Of a DNA stretch of 64,000 nucleotides, positions 53,031-64,000 are shown piece after piece. Below the pieces are notes generated by a model. It saw only the letters and a program-made list of their open reading frames with translations, did no database searches and was not told where the DNA came from. Position numbers and translations under genes: made by a program. This DNA comes from Octopus sinensis. Taxonomy: Eukaryota. Location of the stretch: positions 24,986,001-25,050,000 of the forward strand of contig NC_043005.1 in assembly GCF_006345805.1 (NCBI RefSeq). Reading direction: 5' to 3'. Each line of letters begins with the position of its first letter. Within the stretch, counting starts at the first letter, position 1.

Positions 53031-53113
53031 CTTTCCTGATGAGAAGATTGCATTATTTAACACAGTTTATTCCTTTGGAATAAAACCAATGTTGTCTTCG
53101 AAATATGTCGAAA
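53031..53113 (+). ncRNA. Inverted copy of the hammerhead, with stem III damaged by a 2-nt deletion
   Basis: CTTTC-CTGATGA-GAAGAT..GTCTTC-GAAA-TAT-GTC-GAAA (CA missing). Confidence 0.6.
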
Positions 53114-53240
53114 ATAGAAGAATTTGAATAACATCTGCGTTCAACTCCATTTATTTACTATAAAATATATATAAATATAAATAAATAAATATAAATCATA
53201 AATAATAATAAATAAATATAATAAATAAATCAATAAATAA

Positions 53241-53312
<72 letters not shown>

Positions 53313-53391
53313 TGATAATAATATTAGGGTGTATGGCTCCAAACTTACAGGGAAAAATTAGATTTAGGATTAAATTAAATTTCACAGTATA

Positions 53392-53745
53392 AATATATAA
53401 AATATGAATTAGAGATAAAACCACTATTAAGCAACTCAAACAATGATAGACATAAACCAATACATAAATAACAAATAATATAAATATAAATATAATTAAT
53501 ATAGTATATAATATATATAAAATTTAAATTTAATTTTTTTTCAAAAAGTATAAAAAGAATGATAAATATATTATAATAAGTAATTTATTATATTATATTT
53601 ATCATTCTTTTTATACTTTTTGAAAAAAAAAATTAAATTTAAATTTTATATATATTATATACTATATTACTTATATTTTATATTTATATTATTTGTTATT
53701 TATGTATTGGTTTATGTCTATCAATATTTTATCTCTAATTCATAT

Positions 53746-53752
<7 letters not shown>
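53392..53752. repeat. AT-rich inverted repeat (arms ~160-180 bp, ~24-bp spacer) in a (TA)n-flanked cassette 53311-53755
   Basis: e.g. TTCAAAAAGTATAAAAAGAATGATAAATATA vs TATATTTATCATTCTTTTTATACTTTTTGAA; one ~20-bp indel. Confidence 0.8.
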
Positions 53753-53776
<24 letters not shown>

Positions 53777-53779
<3 letters not shown>

Positions 53780-54120
53780 GATGGACTTTCCCATCGGTTT
53801 CGACGTATGAGGCTCCGACAACGTACTCTTTCTTTGTCAGTCATAATGTTTATGCCGAATGTGACATTTAAGTCCCGCCAACGATTTCGAAATTTGGCCA
53901 CAGATGTTGCAAATATGAGGATTACAGGTTAGTGCAGGTGGTATATTTGCAGCCGCTTTTCTCCTTTGCTTTGCACGCTGAAGCCTGTTAATGCTGGTTG
54001 CAACAAAGCTTCTAACACCATTTTCTCACAACGCTCTCCATTTTGTACACCCCGAGGCTGTTCACTCAAACGTGTTGTACGCTATCTTCACTGTTAAGAG
54101 GTTACTCTTCAGCTTGTCCT
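53777..54120 (-). mobile_element. RTE-type LINE 3' end with C-terminal C2H2 finger
   Basis: NGVRSFVATSINRLQRAKQRRK...HICNICGQISKSLAGLKCHIRHKHYD*. Confidence 0.7.
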
Positions 54121-55090
54121 TATATATGAGTCATTACACAGAGACGTGTACACACAAACACATAAACACACACACATGTATAGATCTGTATGTAATATAT
54201 TTATATAAGTAAATATTCCATCATCTTGTAAGAGTTTCTTTTGGATATAGAGCCAACACTGAAAGACTCAACGTTTCGGATACGAATACGTCTATGTAAA
54301 CAGTGCGATCGAAGATAGAAAAATAGTTAATTGGGGGAATATGCGTATTTCAAGAGTTATTGTTCCTTCTTCAAAAGCACAGATACAGTTGGTCACTTGA
54401 AAGTTAAATGTTTCGGTTCCAGATCCAAGACAGTTTCAAAGGGCATTGGTTACTCAGTATCTTACGTTTCGAGCATAGGCTCCCCGTCAAGAGCCTATAA
54501 ACAAGCATGAGGACATAGTCATATGACTTCTACCGAGACTGAAGAAATACATTAGGCACACTCGAAACGATCAAATAGATATCAACAAAATTTGGCTGCA
54601 GGCATAGACGAATAAGGAAATTTAACTAGCAAATATTTGTTCCAGGGTTGATCTCATTACGTAGGCGATAGGCTCGTATCGACAGAATAGTTGTGAGTAA
54701 AATTAGACAGATTCGAAAAAGTCCGTCGATTGGTCTCTATCTGACATTCGGTGTCAAGTTCAATTCGTCATTCAGTTTATCAACAAACATTTGACACCAG
54801 TTTTTCCTTCATCCACTGATGTCAATGTTTTAGAGGCCACTCTTACAGCTTCATCTGAGCAATAAAGATGTGACCCAATAACTTTTCGTGGGTTATTTCG
54901 AAATATACTCTTTCATATAGAACTGTTTTTGCTTATTTTTCTTTTAAAGGTAATTTAGAATTTTATGTATCGCTTATGTTTGGCGATTTTTGTAATGTCT
55001 CCTCATCTTTATTATCCATTTCTTGTCCTCCACTCTTAATCTTAGTAAATTAAGAATATATATGAATATAATAATATATATATATATAAT

Positions 55091-55122
<32 letters not shown>

Positions 55123-55221
55123 TATGCACATATATATAGAGACATGTATAATACATATATATTACACATACATACACATATATATACACACATATATATA
55201 TATACACATATATATGTATAC

Positions 55222-55272
<51 letters not shown>

Positions 55273-55529
55273 CATATTTATACACACACACACACCATAT
55301 ATATATATATATACATACATATTTATATATAATATATATACATATATATATATATATAATACATGCACTTAAATAGACATACATACAGAGACATATATGT
55401 ATCCATATATATATATATATATTATATATATATATATAGTCAATTTAGGGTAGCAAAAAATTCAATAGAAATTTATCGCTACCAGCGGCCTAGTGGAAAA
55501 GAGAAAATAGTCAAAGACTAAATATATAA

Positions 55530-55895
55530 ATATAACAATTTAGGAGTGACCCTTAACAGGCCATTCGTCCACCAGAAAGAGCAGCCATAACTCACACCGC
55601 CAAGTAGTAGTAATTCAGAAATTAGGTGAAAATTTAAAAACATTTACCCTAATTCAACTTTTAGACGATGCATCGTTTCTGTGTTATTAATGATTAAATT
55701 AGCTTAATTAAATTAAATTAAGCTAATTTAATCATTAATAACACAGAAACGATGCATTGTCTAAAAGTTGAATTAGGGTAAATGTTTTTAAATTTTCACC
55801 TAATTTCTGAATTACTACTACTTGGCGGTGTGAGTTATGGCTGCTCTTTCTGGTGGACGAATGGCCTGTTAAGGGTCACTCCTAAATTGTTATAT
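55530..55895. repeat. Near-perfect palindrome: 180-bp arms, 6-bp spacer, 1 mismatch
   Basis: Arms 55530-55709 and 55716-55895 compared base by base; the only difference is GACGATG vs GACAATG. Confidence 0.95.
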
Positions 55896-56395
55896 ATATA
55901 TATATATAGATAGATAGATAGATATAGATATATGCATACATACATATACATATACTTATATATATATATATATATACACATACGGACATATTGCTTGCCA
56001 GCTGTTCCTGGGTGTTGTTGTTGTTACGTTTTGTGTTGTTGAAATGTCTTCCTTAATCTGATTATAACTGACGTATCAATACCAGACAATTAATTGCTTG
56101 AATAATAGTAACGTTAAAAAAATTGAATAAAATAAAAGAAATAAGTAAATGAATAATACTTAGCTCGCAATTTTTCTGTTGATATTTTTTGTGTCATTGT
56201 AATTATTTCTATAGATTGCCTTTTTTAGTTGACGTAAATTGATGTTAAAGTTTACTAGATTTCACTTACCAGCTCTTTCACCTCTCCTTTTGTATGCATG
56301 TATATGTACATATACATACATACATACATACATATATATGTGTGTGTTTGTACGTATACAATTATGCATACATCTATATACGTATATATATAGAT

Positions 56396-56431
<36 letters not shown>

Positions 56432-57206
56432 ATGTATATATACGTTATATATATATATACTACTTATATATATATATATATAATATATATATATACATAT
56501 TTATATATTATATATACATATATATAAAACGAAAAAAAATGGAATGAGAAAGTTATAGGCGACAACAAAACATCTGGACAGTTAGACGATGCAAAAAAAG
56601 GAGAGGAAAAAACAAGGACGGGTCATTCGAAGCTTTCTATCGTCAGTCGAGTTCGAGATCGTCGTTGCAGTTTCGGCCGCTTACACTCGAGACGGCTCCG
56701 ATCTGGCCGGCCCCAAGAAAATCCAAGCTGAGAGCACTATAATCCTTGGGAAAAAAGCAAGCGAATTTATACGAAAGCAAGGCGAAAAAAAAAACCAAAC
56801 AAAGGGAGAAATGGTATACAGTTACAAATACAAACATCAGGACATTAGCAACAGGTGTCTTTCGACTAAGGACAAATAAAATTAAGCTGACGTGTGTGGA
56901 GGTGAAACCTTACGGCAATATATATATATTGTTATATTTGGTGATGGTCATCTTTTTCCAATGAACATACGCACTATATATTTGATCTTAACATAGCTAC
57001 ATTCAGCGACCTCTTCAACGACTTTCCTGTCCATCGTGTCTCCTCTTGCGCTGCCTATTCCACTTTGATTCTCTGCCATAAAACCCAGGAAAGGGAGGTG
57101 GGCTGGGGTGTAACGATTCTGCCAGCTCGCCGCCTTAATACATACATATATATATATATATATTTGTTGTGCAAGATTTTTTATGTGAAGACGTGTGTTG
57201 AAACAG

Positions 57207-58438
57207 ATATTGTTATATTTCGGAATGGTCATTTTGCCAGTTTATCCAATAAAAACACACGCACTATATATTTAGTGTTATTTTGCTTCAGTGTTATTTA
57301 TTTTTTACATTAATCTTAATCTTATTTCGGCCAGAGTTCTTTCGTCACACTCCTGTGACTGCATCAATGATCCTTTGTTTTTTTCTTTCTTATTTGTGTC
57401 TCTCCTTACTAACCGTCAGCCATTTTGTATTTCTATTGTATTTCTATTTAGTGTGTGTCTGGGGGGATGCCTGTAACATTTGTATCTTCTGTTTATATAC
57501 TTTCATGTAATTTGTTTTTCTTGTTGTTTTTGTTTATTCTTATTTTGTTCATATGTTTACATCCACTTATTATTATCATTACGTATGCTTGTATGTATGT
57601 ATAACAACAATACTACTACTAATACTAATAATAATATTAAATAAAAAAATCTTTTAAATTAAACAAAAAAACTTATATAGTTATTTATTTCTATTTGTTT
57701 ATTTATCTGTGTATTTTATTTATTATATTTTCGGTTTTGTTTATATTGTAACCATTTTGTATTTCTAATGTATGTGTCTTCATTTGCGCATGCTTATATC
57801 TCTATGTGCGTCTGTGTTTATTTAGTGTGTGTGGGGGGGGATGCCAGTTTAGCCAATAAAAACACACGCTCTATATATTTGGTGTTATTTTGCTTCAGTG
57901 TTATTTATTTTTTATATTAATCTTAATCTTATTTCGGCCAGAGTTCTTCCGTCACACTCCTGTGACCGCATCAGTGGTCCTTTGTTTTCTTCTTTCTTAT
58001 TTGTGTCTCTCCTTATTATTATTACTAGTATTGTTGTTATACATACATACATACATACATACATACATACATACAAGCATACGTAATGATAATAATAATA
58101 AGTGGATGTAAACACATGAACAAAATAAGAATAAACAAAAACAACAACAACAAAAACAAATTACATGAAAGTATATAAACAGAAGATACAAATGTTACAG
58201 GCATCCCCCTACACACATACTAAATAGAAATACAAAAGGAGAGACACAAATAAGAAAGAAGAAGACAGAGGACCACTGATGCGGTCACATGAGTGTGACG
58301 AAAGAACTCTGGCCTAAATAAGATTAAGATTAATATAAAAAATAAATAATACTGAAGCAAAATAACACCAAATAATATAGTGCGTGTGTTTTTATTGGCT
58401 AAACTGGCAAAATGACCATTCCGAAATATAACAATATA
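57207..58438. repeat. Triplicated ~400-bp unit: copy 57207-57615 (+), partial direct copy 57843-58016 (+), inverted copy 58026-58438 (-); degenerate start at ~56905-56980
   Basis: Shared ATATTGTTATATTTCGGAATGGTCATTTTGCCAG and CTTAATCTTATTTCGGCCAGAGTTC blocks; each copy carries a hammerhead-like motif. Confidence 0.85.
58272..58313 (+). ncRNA. Hammerhead-like motif with A9C change (also minus strand at ~57330-57372 and ~57940-57978)
   Basis: CCA-CTGATGC-G-GTCAC-ATGAGT-GTGAC-GAAA-GAAC-TC-TGG. Confidence 0.45.
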
Positions 58439-58823
58439 TATATATATTTATATATTTATAAGCAAAAACATTCGAGTGTTCACACCCGAAGTAAGATATC
58501 ATTACTGTTAATATCATCTGCAGTGAATATTTTAAATGATAATATTAAGAGCAGAAATATAGGCGGTTCAACAGATCTTATAGCATCATATAGCTATAAA
58601 ATTTAAAGTAAGCACAAGGCATGAGGATACCTTTAAAGAATACGCCATTCAGAATGGCATATTCGTTAAAAGTATGCTATATTTAATCTCTTAATTCTTC
58701 ATCCGTTTCCTCGCCTACTGTTGTTTTTCTGCTGTTTTTTGGTGCTTTCCGGCGGTTGAATTAGGAATTCAACTCCTATTTCTTAACAGGTCGATGCTAA
58801 CTTTACACACACACATACACATA

Positions 58824-59143
58824 TCGTCGTGACACTCCGTCGGTTACGACGACGAGGGTTCCAGCTGATCCGGAAAACGGAACAGCCTCCTTGTGAAATT
58901 AACGTGCCAATGGCTAATCAGACCACAGGCAAGTGTTCCCTTAACGTAGTTCTCGGGGAGATTCAGCTTACAACAGAAACAGGAAGAAAGAGTGAGAGAA
59001 AGTTGTGGTGAAAGAGCACACCACCACGCTGGAGCCTTTAGGCATTTTCGCTCAATAAACACTCACAACGCCCGGTCTGGGAATCGCAATCGCGATCCTA
59101 AGACCGCGAATCCGCTACCCTAACCACTGGGCCATTGCCCCTC
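58824..59143 (-). mobile_element. tRNA-headed SINE family C (tail type 2)
   Basis: Matches 41619-42004. Confidence 0.85.
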
Positions 59144-59190
59144 AACACACACACACATACACACACACATGCATACAATACATACATACA

Positions 59191-59224
<34 letters not shown>

Positions 59225-59226
<2 letters not shown>

Positions 59227-59308
59227 GGCGTAGGTATGGCTGTGTGGTAAGTAGCTTTCTTACCAACTACATGGTTCCGGGTTCAGTCCCTCTGAGTGGC
59301 ACCTTGAC
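59225..59308 (+). mobile_element. SINE family A head, 3'-truncated
   Basis: GGCGTAGGTATGGCTGTGTGGTAAG...GGCACCTTG. Confidence 0.8.
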
Positions 59309-59310
59309 TA

Positions 59311-59900
59311 CTACTGGCCGACTGTTGCATCAAATAGCAACCACACTGTTGCATATTTGGCACCCTTTGCAATAAACTTGATGGTTGGCAGGTATTCTGC
59401 CAAATCCTTCTCAATATCTGCTTGAGAGAACACAGTGATGGTGTCGAGGGACTTGGGATATGTCCTCAACACCACCGTTCTCTCATTAAAGTCCTTTACC
59501 CACTGTTTGGGAGGCACAATTTCCCACTCCAAGACAGTGTTTTCATCTTTTGCCATGCTTTGCAAAAAAACACAGAAAAATGTAAAAAAAAAAGTTCAAA
59601 ATATTCAAATAAAAGTCCAAAGAAACACAAAAAAAGAACCGAAAGACAGAGCAGTGAAAAGAACGAAGGAAGACAGTTCTAGCACGGCAACATAATGCCG
59701 CCACGTAGGAAATCCGGGTCCACAGGTAATCCGCAAATAATCCACAGGTAATCCTCCAGAATATTGCTTCACACAAGTATTCCTGTTCACCGTAGCAGCA
59801 AAAAAAATTCCTCCACGAATGGGTTGAATTTTTATAAACTTTTCAAATTTTGGTAGCGAGACACGCTCACCAAAATAAAGCAATTCTCACTGCTAAGTAA
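59311..59900 (-). mobile_element. Probable LINE 5' UTR and ORF1 N-terminus (Tx1/L1-like), truncated
   Basis: Complex 84-aa ORF 59311-59565 (MAKDENTVLEWEIVPPK..FNERTVVLRTYPKSL..IKFIAKGAKYATV) preceded by a UTR-like region; family assignment is inference. Confidence 0.45.
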
Positions 59901-60539
59901 GTTACTCAGCGAGACTGCAGCAGACAAATGTTCGAGACCCAGTGGGGATTTCTTATATGAAAAAAGGAAAAACAATGACATACATCAAATTCCCCATTAA
60001 GTCCCTTAAAAAAACAAGTGCCTACCTTGCAGTTGCGCCTCTTTAACAATTCTTCGACTCAAGACGGTTACCAATGCACGTCTTGACAGTGTTCAATCTA
60101 ATAAGCAACTAACAAACGCGCATGCTTAAGAAAGCTACTTACTAGACAGCTACTCCTGCGCCTAATGAATTGAAATTTTCTCCTCAGCTAGAGAAGGAAA
60201 ATAACAACTAAACGGCGTTCATTAATGATTCACAATGCTAAGAAACAACAGGCACGGTTGGTAATTAGAAACAGATTTTGCGACTAGAATCTATTTGACT
60301 GCTTCAGCAGTTTTCTTCTACAACAAAAAAGCTATGGTTGACATGAAACAATGGTAAATAATACTGTCCAAGATACCAAGCAGGTGGATTGAAAACTTGG
60401 CACTTGCGCTTGGGAAGAGAATTTCTTAATCTACAAATGCTTGTTTCTCCACCAATGTATGCAGCTGCTCTATTTCCGAAATGCCCCTAATGCATAATGA
60501 TTCTACCTCTGTGCATATGTATGTGATCTCTGTGATCTC

Positions 60540-60720
60540 TTTATTTGGCACTACGGCCATAATACAGAGGGGACAGCACAAATACAGTCAGGACAGCACA
60601 TTGGGGACAAAAACATAAAACAAATGAAAAATGGTAAAATGTATAATGAAATCGATGGTGGTGAAATGGCTGCATGCGCCCCACTCACATGCAGTACCAT
60701 TTGAACGTTCTTACTGTCCG
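60540..60720 (-). mobile_element. Possible LINE 3' end (T-rich UTR, AATAAA)
   Basis: Minus: ...TTTTATGTTTTTGTCCCC...GTGCCAAATAAAG; weak. Confidence 0.35.
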
Positions 60721-61035
60721 TTTATAATCGTTTTCAGTGTATTTTCTATTAGCATTTTTTTGTTTTACTCTTTCTTCCCTTTTCCCCCCCTTTTTAAACC
60801 ACAATTTACTCTCTTTTTATAATACCTTATATATGGCTCAATTTCGCTTAGTTCAACTACTGGGGGTAGTTCATCGAACTCCACCACGAATCCCATCAAT
60901 TCTTAGTCTATGATTAGAATAAGAATTGAAGGTATTAATTTTAATAATTTTAATATTTAGTCCTATATGTACCTATCGTAGATAATGTTGTTCAACGATG
61001 ATTGAGTTGCTTCTGGGTGATTCTGTCTCTTAAAC

Positions 61036-61105
<70 letters not shown>

Positions 61106-61549
61106 GTGTGTGTGTGTATGTGTCTGTGTGTGTTTGTGTATAGTGTACTGTTTCGTTTTTGGTGGTACCAACAAAGATGTACTCGCTCCAGTGAGCGAAG
61201 AATCTCATTTAATGCACAATATTTAGATTCGAGCTACTATTAGTTTCATGCCTCTGTAAATACAATATTTGGAGAAGTCTGTATAGCGTGCCGAGTATTT
61301 CCAAGCAATCGGTCATACTCAAAATACAACATGGCTGAGCTTTTAGAAAAAAGCGAGAAAGAACGAAAAAGAACAAGGAGATAAGGTAAAAGAAAAGAAG
61401 TGAGATAAAAAAGAAAAAGGAAAATGGAGGTAGTGGAATTAAGATTTGAGCCCCCTTTATCCGTTAGAATCAAAATTACTGTGATTGGTGTAATTAATGA
61501 AACAGGAAAGTTAATGTTTTTGAGACTTCATACTTAATAGGAAGAGGGA

Positions 61550-61870
61550 GGTGTTTACTATTTCAGTAATAGAAATTTGTTCGGATGCTTACATTTAATG
61601 AAAATCTCAGATCTCGAATTCAGTAGGTCATAAACGATTCGAGATGTCTCGGCTAAACAAAGCCTTCATCTTCTTGAACCATTAACGTATAGCGTGGATC
61701 GTTCCACTATGCTCCATGTGATGGTGTTTGGTGTAATGTTGGCTTTCAGATCCCAAATATGGTTAGCTAACTTTGGGATATTCTTTTTATCTCCGTGTCG
61801 TAAAGAAGACTGATGTTTGTATATCTGTTTGGAAAGTCCCTTTCGCATATACCAATGTACGTTTTCTTTT
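61550..61870 (-). mobile_element. Penelope-like element GIY-YIG endonuclease remnant
   Basis: KTYIGICE..., HQSSLRH..KLANHIWDLK...WSIVERS..YVNGSRR*RLCLAE...LNSRSEIFIKCKHPNKFLL; frameshift and stop. Confidence 0.8.
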
Positions 61871-62179
61871 GAGCCTCATTATTTTGAAGCACTGAAGTGA
61901 CTTCAGCTTTATAAACCATTGAGCTAATCATACATACTTGGTTAAGGGGGCGGTTTCTGGGTTTCTAAAACAGCAAATTGCAGTAGGCATATGGTGTAAC
62001 TTGCGAGTAATAAAATTTTTGATGCTGAAGCAGCAACTGTATGAATATCTATTAAAAAATTTACGGTATATATGATTATATGAAAAATGCTTATGAATTA
62101 AAGCCTTAAATTGTCTTAATACTCAAAGCGAAAGTGGGGATGAACCATGTAATCTTCCTGAATCCTCTCTATTTCTCTC

Positions 62180-62209
62180 TCTGTATACATATGTATGTGT
62201 GTATGTATA

Positions 62210-62293
<84 letters not shown>

Positions 62294-62465
62294 TATATTA
62301 GATATATAATATATATATACACATATATATAGATACATATGTAATATCATATATATGTTTTTATATGCATATATGTACATATATATATCTATACATACAC
62401 ACACACTCATATATATACGTGTATATGATGTGTTTATATACACCTATATCTACCTCTCTCCCTCT

Positions 62466-62500
<35 letters not shown>

Positions 62501-62508
62501 CTATCTAC

Positions 62509-62542
<34 letters not shown>

Positions 62543-63241
62543 GCGCGTGTGTATATAAACATACATACATTCCTGCATGAGCGAATACAACGACACAGAT
62601 ACACACACAGACATATACACGTATACGTATTTGTATATATAGATAGATAGATCGATAGATAGATATATTAACTTATAACTATAGAGTTTTGCAGGAGTTT
62701 GCAGGGCTATAAATCAGTAAACATTATTTTATTGCCCTTCGAAACTAATGAGATGTATAAAATATCTGTATGCGTATTGATGAACGGAGAAAATGTAATC
62801 TGTGCCTTCCTTCCTTCATTCCACCCATCCTTACATCTAATCTGCCATCTCTCCTTACATTTTCCTTCATCCATCTTTCAATCATTCCTTTCAACCGTCC
62901 TTCCTTCCTTCCTTTCTTCCTTCCTTCCTTCCTTCCTTCCTTCCTTCCTTCCTTCTTTTCTAGTTTTCTATCTATTTCCCTCCTTCCTTCTAAGCAATAC
63001 TTATCAACCAGCATATAGTTTTATATTCCATTAGTTTCCTGCAGACGAGGAAAGATATTTACATACCTGTAATTTAATGTACCCATAAATTTTCAAATTT
63101 AACCATACATTTTGACGTATTGAGTACTACTTATTTAGTCTGTCCATATACTTGTTCCGGCGAGCAAGCACATCCTGATCAAATACACACATATAAATAT
63201 TTACATTCATATAGGCACTCCCACCCATAAATTATATTATG

Positions 63242-63301
<60 letters not shown>

Positions 63302-63317
63302 TATATCTATATATATG

Positions 63318-63362
<45 letters not shown>

Positions 63363-63564
63363 GTATATATATATATATATGCACATGCATGCATACGTAC
63401 GCATATATATATATGTTTATGTGTTTGTGTGTGTATGTGTATATACTTATGCATGTGTTAATATGCATAGAAAACAAGCACCATCAACAGCAAATATACT
63501 TTCATTAAAGATGCAACAGGTAAACAAATATATAGTTATATATATATATATATATGTACGTATG

Positions 63565-63608
<44 letters not shown>

Positions 63609-63611
63609 CAC

Positions 63612-63650
<39 letters not shown>
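62180..63650. repeat. Compound microsatellite region ((TA)n, (CTAT)n, (CCTT)n, (GA)n)
   Basis: Seen directly. Confidence 0.9.
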
Positions 63651-63651
<1 letters not shown>

Positions 63652-64000
63652 CATACTTTTGATAATATTACAAATTATTTGTTGTAAAAGAAGCATAACT
63701 AAAAAATAAATTGTTTGATTTAATGGCGTATATATAGAAAGAAATTTCATACAATACCTTCTCTGTCTGTCTCTCTCACAGAAACATTCACACACATACA
63801 CATATATGTATACATGTCTGTCTCAATAGGTTTGCGTGATTCTGTATTTATGCGTATGCAAATGATTAACGATGCAAACATAGCCATAGAAACAAGCAGT
63901 AGTTTTGTTGTTAGTTTGAGCCAACATGGCGGTTGTTAGCGTGAGATTTAGTTTAAGGTTGATGAATGTAATGTATTCTAGAGAATTATCTGCTGTCCCT

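Larger units (their letters stand above)
52650..53157. repeat. Inverted repeat, ~162-bp arms (52650-52812 / 52997-53157), ~184-bp spacer
   Basis: Direct alignment of the arms; a few substitutions and small indels. Confidence 0.9.

Noticed and set aside
56560-56900. CpG-richer segment with ORFs 56589-56879 and 56643-56837
   Set aside because: No homology recognised and no consistent splice or promoter signals; it could be a UTR but cannot be supported.
744-63801. Dozens of ORFs rich in YI, CV, II, TH, LS or K runs
   Set aside because: They are translations of (TA)n, (TG)n, (ATT)n, (CTAT)n and (AAG)n microsatellites with no coding signal.

Overview
AT-rich, repeat-saturated eukaryotic DNA. 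Very dense (TA)n/(TAA)n/(CA)n/(TAGA)n microsatellites and recurring tRNA-derived SINEs suggest an octopus/cephalopod intron or intergenic region (inference, not a database result). No host protein-coding gene can be supported; nearly all listed ORFs are translated microsatellites or transposon debris. Recognisable content: several SINE families (labelled A-E here; nested, dimeric and trimeric forms, several with clear TSDs), decayed Tc1 and maT transposases, MITEs, a non-autonomous Helitron, RTE, CR1-like and Tx1/L1-like LINE fragments, many Dong/R4-type (RLE) LINE pieces in (TAA)n tracts, a Penelope-type GIY-YIG remnant, a solitary 5S rRNA copy and a 100-N gap. The most notable pattern is a set of short cassettes anchored in (TA)n. 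Several carry minimal type I hammerhead ribozymes with palindromic stem III, and several end in long fold-back inverted repeats, including a 180-bp-arm palindrome with one mismatch. They are most likely Penelope-like pLTR/retrozyme-type elements. Coordinates were counted by eye and may be off by a few bases.
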